A stretch of 64,000 bases of DNA from Flavobacteriales bacterium (GTDB taxonomy: Bacteria > Bacteroidota > Bacteroidia > Flavobacteriales_D > CAJJDF01): assembly GCA_020630395.1 (NCBI GenBank), contig JAHDBM010000001.1, positions 5,511 through 69,510 of the forward strand, given 5' to 3'. This document shows positions 1-6,707 of this stretch, piece by piece. Every line of letters begins with the position of its first letter. The stretch's first letter is position 1. The notes below the pieces were generated by a model. That model was not told the origin of the DNA and made no database searches. It worked only from the letters and a program-made list of their open reading frames with translations. Position numbers and translations under genes: made by a program.

Positions 1-345
1 ATAATAAAGCGTTTTCTCATGAGGCAATAGTTCTTTGCTCGGTTTTCCTTTAGCTTCTGGGATTCGCCCTTTAATTGGGTGTGAAACCCTAATAGTTGAA
101 GGTGTATGAAATCCAAATACATGAGATACTACATCTTCTACTGTAGATATAAAATCTGTATGTGAAATGGTCGGCTCATTATCTTTTGCAAATACTGGAA
201 TGATATGATGGTTTTGTAATTCATCAAATCCAACCAGTTTTGTATTTGCTTTTATAAAATGCTTGTTATTTGGATTCTCTTGTACTGTATCATCAAAGGG
301 AGCTTCACTTTCAAATACACTTTGTTCAATGCTTAAACGTTCCAT
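1..345 (-). CDS. DUF3871 family protein, N-terminal part (truncated by window edge; not in ORF track)
   Basis: Manual translation from ATG at 345: MERLSIEQ...HIIPVFAKDNEPTISHTDFI...IRVSHPIKGRIPEAKGKPSKELLPHEKTLYY. The IPVFxKDNE and RVSHxIKGRIPEA motifs match DUF3871 as I recall it. Start overlaps the end of the ATPase gene. Confidence 0.8.
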   Translation of the reverse strand, partial: MERLSIEQSVFESEAPFDDTVQENPNNKHFIKANTKLVGFDELQNHHIIPVFAKDNEPTISHTDFISTVEDVVSHVFGFHTPSTIRVSHPIKGRIPEAKGKPSKELLPHEKTLYY

Positions 346-1201
346 TTTGACTAAATTTTGTTGGTTCAACTTGTTTAACTTCTTGCTTATCGAGTTCTTC
401 TAGTTTTAGTAAGAAATCATCATGTAATCGCTTCTGTAAACTAGGATGAGATTTGTAAATAGCTTTTAATTCTTCATTGCTTTCTGCTGATTTAATGAGA
501 GCTTTTACTTCATCTGTTTTTACATCCGAAGAACACCAAGCTAATAATCTCTCGCCTGTTTTAGGAGTGATGACAAACTCTGGCTTATTCATAAATAATC
601 CTGTTCTGTCTTTACTCACTTTTACTAAATGATTGTCATTGATAAGCTCAAAGTTTACACTTAATTCATATTCAAATCCTTCACGTGTAATTTCCTTCGT
701 ACCATGTTTTACTACTTTGGATTTACCGTTTTGATCTTGATCAAGTGAATAATCAACTTTTCTTCTTACTGTAGTAATCACATGACACTTGGATTGAAGT
801 ATTTTGTCAATAAAGGCTTGATGCCTTGGTGTTACTTTTGCCCAATCCTGAAATCTTCCTCCAAGTTTCTCTTGGATCTCTAAACACCCTCCTTTTCCAG
901 TCCATTCGTGCGTGATTGAATCAATGATAATAACTTCTATGTCATTTTGTTCACATAATTCAATTGCTTCGATATAACGTTCTGGAGAGTATGGTTTTTC
1001 AAGATTTAAGACTTTGTAATTTCCTAAATCTGCATATAAACATCCACTTCCATTTTCAGTATCAATAATAGCTACTTTACTATAGTCTCCTGTGATCCCA
1101 TAGGCAAGTAATAGAGCTGAATAAGTTTTGCCGAATCCACTTGCTCCGGAGATTCCAATTCGAAGCTTTACAGCTTCTCTTTTTGCTTCTTGTAATTGCA
1201 T
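326..1201 (-). CDS. AAA-family (AAA_24/Sak4-like) phage-type ATPase
   Basis: Walker A GASGFGKT, IIDTENGS, Walker B IIIDSITHEW, REGFEYE. Confidence 0.8.
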   Translation of the reverse strand: MQLQEAKREAVKLRIGISGASGFGKTYSALLLAYGITGDYSKVAIIDTENGSGCLYADLGNYKVLNLEKPYSPERYIEAIELCEQNDIEVIIIDSITHEWTGKGGCLEIQEKLGGRFQDWAKVTPRHQAFIDKILQSKCHVITTVRRKVDYSLDQDQNGKSKVVKHGTKEITREGFEYELSVNFELINDNHLVKVSKDRTGLFMNKPEFVITPKTGERLLAWCSSDVKTDEVKALIKSAESNEELKAIYKSHPSLQKRLHDDFLLKLEELDKQEVKQVEPTKFSQNGTFKH

Positions 1202-1249
1202 AATATTTTAATTTTTGGTTTGTAATTAGTTCTTTGTTTCTTTAATAGC

Positions 1250-1276
1250 AAAAAGGAGGCATTCATTACCTCCTTT
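1250..1276 (-). terminator. Intrinsic terminator or attenuator-like hairpin between the 114-aa gene and the ATPase gene
   Basis: AAAGGAGG(1252-1259)/CCTCCTTT(1269-1276), with a U5 tail on the - strand. Confidence 0.55.
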
Positions 1277-1301
1277 CTATACTATAGATCGTAAACCTCG
1301 C

Positions 1302-1646
1302 CTAAGCAAGGACAACAGGTTCAAGAATTGTTTCTTCAATTGAATCTGCTTCGTTTACATAAGTGTAGGTGAAGTTGAGGGCTATCATCTCCCCAGTTTT
1401 CTTATCTACAATTTCATATTCTTCACAAGGAACTTTGTCAATACGACCTGGTAGTTCTTCTCCAACTAATCCTCTACATATGGATTCTTCAAATGATGCT
1501 GGAATAGAACACTTTTTAATAGTCGCATATTGACGATTTGTATTCTTACTTGTGACAATTTCAACTCCACCACTAATGGTTAGTGTGCAGAATTGTTCTC
1601 CTGTGTCCTGATTTATTCGGACTTTGTAATCAATAATTTTTACCAT
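1302..1646 (-). CDS. Hypothetical protein of Bacteroidota islands, possibly an OB-fold ssDNA-binding protein
   Basis: 114 aa, beta-strand-like pattern, acidic C-terminal tail, AT-rich translation initiation region. The SSB function is inference. Confidence 0.65.
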   Translation of the reverse strand: MVKIIDYKVRINQDTGEQFCTLTISGGVEIVTSKNTNRQYATIKKCSIPASFEESICRGLVGEELPGRIDKVPCEEYEIVDKKTGEMIALNFTYTYVNEADSIEETILEPVVLA

Positions 1647-1682
1647 GATTTTAAATTTTTAATGGTTAGACATACAGTTTAT

Positions 1683-1810
1683 GGCGGGGGAGTTTCCCCA
1701 AACCAAAGTCAAGATGGGGTCTGTGAATGAGGTGGATTGAGTTCTTTTCATCTCTAGTAAAAAGACATGGGGGGTATGAACCAATTTTTATGAAACACGG
1801 GGGGTGTTTA
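1683..1810. other. G-tract and hairpin cis element
   Basis: GGGGA-GTT-TCCCC hairpin (1687-1699), TGGGG (1715-1719), ACAYGGGGGGTRT twice (G6 at 1769-1774 and 1799-1804), AAACAC-G5-GTGTTT hairpin (1793-1809). Confidence 0.55.
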
Positions 1811-1999
1811 TATAGTAGTGAAGTAATGATTTGCTCCTACTATAGAGTTAAGGATTTTGTCATCATGAATATTTATGAAATTTTATAGATCCTCAATGAA
1901 AAATTATGGATTCCCAAAAAAATATTATTGGCATACTTTTATGGAGAAAAAAGCTATAGCGATATAATAAAAAATATGCTGGTTATCAGTACTTAACAC

Positions 2000-2030
2000 T
2001 TGACAAGGAGGGCGTTTTTTCGTATATTTG
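2000..2030 (+). promoter_or_regulatory. Bacteroidota primary-sigma promoter
   Basis: TTGACA at 2000-2005 (-33 TTG) and TATATTTG at 2023-2030 (-7 TAnnTTTG). TTG to TAnnTTTG spacing is 20 nt. No protein gene follows on this strand. Confidence 0.75.
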
Positions 2031-2035
2031 TATAA

Positions 2036-2575
2036 TGAATTTTGTTGATTTTTACTCGCAAATTCAGGACATACATATCTAACGAAGTTGACTTACCCTG
2101 TCGCTTGTAATTTGAGGGGAAACCTTGGTTATAACAAACTCTTCAGGGAACGAAAACATAAACTAGTAAGGAAGAATAAGGTTGACTACCGCCCGATATA
2201 GCAAATGCTTAAACCATAACTTATCAAAGGTTTAAGGGGTGATTAAACTGAAACAGTAGTTCTTCGAGATAAGTAAATACAATTCTAAGGTGTAAACTAT
2301 GAATTTATTTATAACCATTGCCGAATATTCCTTAATCGTGAGAAAGTAATGCTAAAGCCCTTAGCGAAGCTGTTTCTTTTTTTGAAAAAATGACTCGGTT
2401 CTTAACCTTGCTTCGCAAAACATTAAATAAGTTTGGATTTTTAGAAATGGAATGATGGGTTTGAAAAAGGTAATGTGAAAACAGATTATGAGTTAATAAT
2501 TTGCGAGGCACAAGTCATGCAATTTAAGTAAGTCGATTGTTGCTAAAAAATAATTGTAAAATGTTCGATATGTCT
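2036..2575 (+). ncRNA. Candidate large structured non-coding RNA (family not recognised)
   Basis: Follows the promoter. Long-range stems 2073-2079/2567-2573 and 2086-2096/2528-2538. GNRA loops at 2119, 2292, 2338 and 2477. Internal stems 2208-2215/2229-2236 and 2364-2370/2410-2416. No ORF of 60 aa or more. Ends approximate. Confidence 0.65.
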
Positions 2576-2610
2576 ATTAATATTAATCGAATAGAATTGT
2601 AGTAAATTAA

Positions 2611-5163
2611 TTAGTAATATTTATATGTAGAAAAAGATTTTGGTTTTATCTTATAAAGCGTTTCATTCTTTCTTGAAACGGAAATCATATTGCCTTTAAA
2701 GTGCATTCCTAATTTTTTTGTGATCTTTCTTTTCGTTTCCACAGTGAATTTCCCCAAAGCCTTTTTTTCTTTTAAATACTTGATTAAGTTTTTATAATTC
2801 CTATTAATAAAAATAAGGTTTCCATGTTTGTACAAATCATCTGATTTTGATAGATCAATGTTCAAAAGAATTGATTTTTCACATAAAGAATCAGAGATTT
2901 TTTTAGGGTCAATGATTCCGTTAATATCAGTCATACTTTTTAATTCTTTATTGAACTGTTTTTTTACTTCATTAGCTAAGTTGTAGGTTTTCTTTAATCG
3001 GTCTGGTAAGGTTTTTCTATATCTGATACAATTGAGCATATAGGAAGCTTCAAATTCAGTATAGGAGAGATCTACTTTAGCTTTTTTTTGTAGTAACGTT
3101 TTTATAATATAAAATTTTACTGGTTTTGGTATTTGTTTAATACTAGAGTATCTGGTTTTGTTGTATGTTAAATAGACTTTTTTGACTTCTTGTTCTTTGT
3201 CCTTAAGCTTGATGGAAGCTTTTTTTAGAGATTTTTCTACAAATTGATATAACTCATTTACACTTTTTCTTTTGACATATGAGCCTATTTGTATATGGTA
3301 TAAAAACTGCGAGAGTTTTTTTTCATAATTATCAGTAGTTAATTTCAAGAAATAATAGTCTTCTTTATACTTTGTTATGCTAGCAAGATTACAATTGGTA
3401 AATTGATTATGGTAAGCTGCATATAGAACATATGGCATTACATTTTTTCCATAACTCTCATATTTTACAACAAATACTCGATCACTTTCTTTAAAAATAT
3501 ATTCTGGCTGACGAGGAAACGCTTTGTTGATTAAATAGAATTCCTTTCTTAATTCAATTGCTCTTTCTTGGTCAGATAGTTTTCCAATTCGGTTTAATTC
3601 TTTTTCGCTTGATAATCCGCTTGCAATGTATTGATCTACACTGGATGAAGATGATTCAACATCTTTATATTCCGTAGTTATGATATTGTCTTTTGCCTTT
3701 AAGGATTTATATTTCAAGTTGTATAACTCATATCTTTCTTTATCCACTTCACTGTATACTCTTCTATATTCTTCCCCAATTTTTGTTGCTTGTTTAGAAA
3801 GTGATAAAAAAAGTTTTGGTTCTGCATCTGCAATCAAAAAATTGGGTAGGTTAGTCGTATAGTCTTTTTCCTCTTCAATATCCTCATGTTTTCTTAAGTA
3901 GATCTTTTGGGGTGGAGAAATAAAATAAATGTCTCCTTGAACCCTCAAACGCCCTATAGCTTGAATTATAGAGGTTATACCTTGCGAAAAAATCCCAAGT
4001 TTTGCTGATTTGGAATCATCTAAGCTACTAGGAGCAATAATCACTAAAATGGAATTTTCGGTTGTAATGTCAATTCCAGTATAAAATGTCGTTCCAACGT
4101 TTAATTTGTTTTCATCAAAGACTTCTTTGTTATTGCCTACTAACAACTGAATTTCTGTTCCATTTATACTTAGTTTAGCTAGTGTTTCGTCACTGAATAT
4201 TTCTTTATTTTTTACTATAGATTTTGATAGTTCGCTATATGGACTAATAATATGAAGTGGACGACTTTCATTTAAAGATTTTTCTACTAAAACTTTAAGA
4301 GGGTTTTCCAAAGGATCGAATCTTCCAGAAGAATAAAAACTATGGGTATATACCAAATGTAGGTTTGCGTTTTGTCTCTTTTCTCTATCGGTATAGTATA
4401 TTTTGGCTTTGTTATCTGTTAGTTCGGTTATGAACTGAGTCGCTATAATAGAGGCTTCGGAGAAAGTAGCAGATAAAATATAAGCTCTTTCAATAAGTTC
4501 TGACCATCTTGAGAGGTAATGATAGTAATAGTCTTTAAAGTGGTCAGTTATCACGTGAAATTCGTCAAAAACCATTACCACTTTCTTATTTTCTTTCTTT
4601 GCCTTTTGGATTAATTCCGTGGAAAATACCTTTTTCGTGGTAGATAACTCGACACTATCTTCGCCTGGATTATTAAATAAGGTATTAACTGTGGTTATGT
4701 ATACATTTTCTCCTTGTTTAATTTTCTCTTTCATCACCTTTATCCGCTTAGAAACATCTTTTTCTTCATTGGCATCTTCATAGTGAACAACTGATATCCC
4801 TCTTTCCATCAAATTGGATTGATCTTTGTTTGTAAGCTTTTTATATGGGCTAACCATGATAATGATGTATTTGTTTGTTTGATTCAAATATTCGATCATA
4901 TCATATATGGCTGTCGTCTTTCCTTGACCTACTCCAATGTTAACTATTGTTGTTAGATTTTGGTAGGGATAGTTTATTACATCATTTTTGAACTTGTTTA
5001 ATAGGTCTTTAGTGACATAACCATCCTTATTCGACTTGACTTCCTCCTTCTTAATTTCAGTGCCGCAGATTGCAGAAATGATGTCCTCTCGAACTTGTTT
5101 ATAATCAATCTTCTCATTTACCTTGTGATTTTCTTCAATAGTATAAGTCTCACTAAGAATCAT
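2611..5163 (-). CDS. SF2 (DExH) helicase-like protein with a large uncharacterised basic C-terminal half
   Basis: Motifs I GVGQGKTT, Ia VSPYKKL, II FDEFH, III LSAT, V TTFYTGIDI, VI IIQAIGRLR. Confidence 0.8.
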   Translation of the reverse strand: MILSETYTIEENHKVNEKIDYKQVREDIISAICGTEIKKEEVKSNKDGYVTKDLLNKFKNDVINYPYQNLTTIVNIGVGQGKTTAIYDMIEYLNQTNKYIIIMVSPYKKLTNKDQSNLMERGISVVHYEDANEEKDVSKRIKVMKEKIKQGENVYITTVNTLFNNPGEDSVELSTTKKVFSTELIQKAKKENKKVVMVFDEFHVITDHFKDYYYHYLSRWSELIERAYILSATFSEASIIATQFITELTDNKAKIYYTDREKRQNANLHLVYTHSFYSSGRFDPLENPLKVLVEKSLNESRPLHIISPYSELSKSIVKNKEIFSDETLAKLSINGTEIQLLVGNNKEVFDENKLNVGTTFYTGIDITTENSILVIIAPSSLDDSKSAKLGIFSQGITSIIQAIGRLRVQGDIYFISPPQKIYLRKHEDIEEEKDYTTNLPNFLIADAEPKLFLSLSKQATKIGEEYRRVYSEVDKERYELYNLKYKSLKAKDNIITTEYKDVESSSSSVDQYIASGLSSEKELNRIGKLSDQERAIELRKEFYLINKAFPRQPEYIFKESDRVFVVKYESYGKNVMPYVLYAAYHNQFTNCNLASITKYKEDYYFLKLTTDNYEKKLSQFLYHIQIGSYVKRKSVNELYQFVEKSLKKASIKLKDKEQEVKKVYLTYNKTRYSSIKQIPKPVKFYIIKTLLQKKAKVDLSYTEFEASYMLNCIRYRKTLPDRLKKTYNLANEVKKQFNKELKSMTDINGIIDPKKISDSLCEKSILLNIDLSKSDDLYKHGNLIFINRNYKNLIKYLKEKKALGKFTVETKRKITKKLGMHFKGNMISVSRKNETLYKIKPKSFSTYKYY

Positions 5164-5193
5164 AAGAGTTGTTTTTTGTTCTAATTTAAAAGT

Positions 5194-6420
5194 TTAGAGA
5201 GAATTTAGGATTTTTTCATTGGCTTCATCTAGTTTTTCGTTGGTAAAACTGGCAAGATAGGTTTCAGTAATTTTCACATTGGAATGCCCCATAGAGTCTT
5301 TTATAATATTGATAGAAAGTCCTCCATTCTTGGCAAGCATGGCATATGAATGCCTCATGTAATACGAAGTGAAGTTATGATCAATACTTGTTTTTTCTCT
5401 CACTAGTCTTAGTTTTCGATTAAATTTCTTTAGTCTGTCGGTATAGTATTTGATATCAGAATCACTTTTAAATATTGGGAATAAATATTCTTCTGTTTGA
5501 CCTTTGATATTTGCATGTTTTCTGAGAATTAATAGCATTTCTTCAGTTACCTTAATCGAGAACTTCCCTTTGGTTTTGCTTCTAGTATAGTTGATTCTAT
5601 AATGTTGTGAGTTTTCTTTTGCTTCTATTAGAACCAAGTTTTCACATTTTAGTTTGCAGATGTCGATGTAATTCATTCCTCTAGCATAAATTCCAAACAT
5701 GAAAATATCTCTAACGAACTCTATTTTTGGTTTGTCACTTAAGTCAAGGGTTTTAATTTCTATTAGTTGGTCTTTTGTTAGAAATCTCTTTTGGGTAGAT
5801 TCTGATTTGACTGTGTAGTTGATAAAAGGATGTCGTTCTGGAGATACAACTTCTTCCTTTATGGCTTTGTTATATACCGCTCTTATAGCTCTCATATAGA
5901 TACTTATTGTGTTGATTCCACAATTGGTCTTTCGCATATAGGTATCGAAGTCGTTGATCATTTTGTAGCTAAAGTCCTCTATTGGAAAATCCTTAGGTTG
6001 AAATTTCTTCAACTTATTAAATGCTCCTCTACTTACCGAAGAGGTTTTGAATGAACCCTTGTCTATATATTCTTGTAATTTGGATTCATAATACTCATAG
6101 AAGAGGGTAGAGGTAGAATCTCCTCTAACTATTCTTCTAACTTGATAGGCTAAGGTGTCTATGTTTAAGTTTTGTGCTTTTTCAAGTTCAAAAACTGCAT
6201 TCTCACATGTTGTTTGAATATCTAGCAAGTAATGTTTAAGAACTTGGTAGTGCTTGTAATGTTGTTTAGGTAAGTTTCTGTTGAAGTCCCACTTATCTTC
6301 GGGTATGGATTTCCCTGTATGTATTCTTCTTCTCTTTCTTTTATAAATTATTTGAACAATTATTGGTTTTTCATTTTGCTTTTCTTTGTCAGTTCGGAGT
6401 TTAATTTTTACTGTTACCAT
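5194..6420 (-). CDS. Tyrosine recombinase/integrase (Bacteroidota type with arm-binding and SAM-like domains)
   Basis: N-terminal arm-binding-like region (RRRIHTGKSI..KWD), RSKT, YYMRHSYA, MGHSNVKITETYL. Adjacent to att site. Confidence 0.92.
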   Translation of the reverse strand: MVTVKIKLRTDKEKQNEKPIIVQIIYKRKRRRIHTGKSIPEDKWDFNRNLPKQHYKHYQVLKHYLLDIQTTCENAVFELEKAQNLNIDTLAYQVRRIVRGDSTSTLFYEYYESKLQEYIDKGSFKTSSVSRGAFNKLKKFQPKDFPIEDFSYKMINDFDTYMRKTNCGINTISIYMRAIRAVYNKAIKEEVVSPERHPFINYTVKSESTQKRFLTKDQLIEIKTLDLSDKPKIEFVRDIFMFGIYARGMNYIDICKLKCENLVLIEAKENSQHYRINYTRSKTKGKFSIKVTEEMLLILRKHANIKGQTEEYLFPIFKSDSDIKYYTDRLKKFNRKLRLVREKTSIDHNFTSYYMRHSYAMLAKNGGLSINIIKDSMGHSNVKITETYLASFTNEKLDEANEKILNSL

Positions 6421-6447
6421 TTTTCTTGGTTTTTTTAACAGTTAAGA

Positions 6448-6470
6448 GGGACAACATTGGGGACAACATT
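6448..6470. repeat. Tandem 11-bp direct repeat, probable integrase arm-type sites
   Basis: GGGACAACATT at 6448-6458 and 6460-6470, between the int start and the att core. Confidence 0.65.
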
Positions 6471-6583
6471 AAGTGTAATTTTCCCCTACTATAGATGCAC
6501 GAATCTCAACTGTCTTTAGTTTAACAATTGGTTTTCAGTATTGTAGGGCGAAATTATTATACCCGTAAATTAACGCCTAATCT

Positions 6584-6626
6584 CCTTACAAGCAGGGGGT
6601 CACTGGTTCGAATCCAGTATCGCCCA
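6584..6626 (+). pseudogene. 3' half of tRNA-Val(TAC), the att junction of the element
   Basis: C-CTTACAA-GCAGG-GGGTC-ACTGG-TTCGAAT-CCAGT-ATCGCCC-A. Anticodon loop, T arm and acceptor 3' strand are intact, but there is no D arm or 5' anticodon-stem strand upstream. Confidence 0.9.
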
Positions 6627-6637
6627 CATAGTAATAG

Positions 6638-6672
6638 AAAGCCTTTCAAGAAATTGAGAGGCTTTTTTGTTT
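6638..6672 (+). terminator. Intrinsic terminator (original tRNA terminator, probably bidirectional)
   Basis: AAAGCCTTTCAA-GAAA-TTGAGAGGCTTT followed by a T-run. Confidence 0.8.
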
Positions 6673-6707
6673 TGGGTGGGTGAAGCATATATGAAACATT
6701 TTTTGTT

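Larger units (their letters stand above)
1..6626. mobile_element. Right part of a tRNA-Val-integrated element (genomic island); left end lies outside the window
   Basis: Tyrosine integrase next to a 3' tRNA-Val fragment and arm-type repeats. Co-oriented helicase, AAA ATPase and DUF3871 genes. Housekeeping-type genes resume after 6700. Confidence 0.9.

Noticed and set aside
1928-1943. Sigma54 promoter TTGGCATACTTTTATG
   Set aside because: The -24 element looks right but no -12 GC/GA occurs at the required spacing.
2035-2393. Tiny + strand ORFs inside the candidate RNA (MNFVDFYSQIQDIHI, MNLFITIAEYSLIVRK, MLKPLAKLFLFLKK)
   Set aside because: Only 14-16 aa, expected by chance and buried in helices. 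A leader or toxin peptide cannot be fully excluded.
2036-2575. Group I/II intron, RNase P RNA or tmRNA identity for the RNA
   Set aside because: No interrupted host gene, no GUGYG start or domain V, no convincing P7 pair, no GAGGAAAGUC and no tRNA-like ends.
6546-6626. Complete tRNA-Val gene
   Set aside because: GGGCGA could start an acceptor stem, but there is no D arm and the anticodon stem 5' strand (ATCTC) does not pair with GCAGG. Treated as an att remnant.
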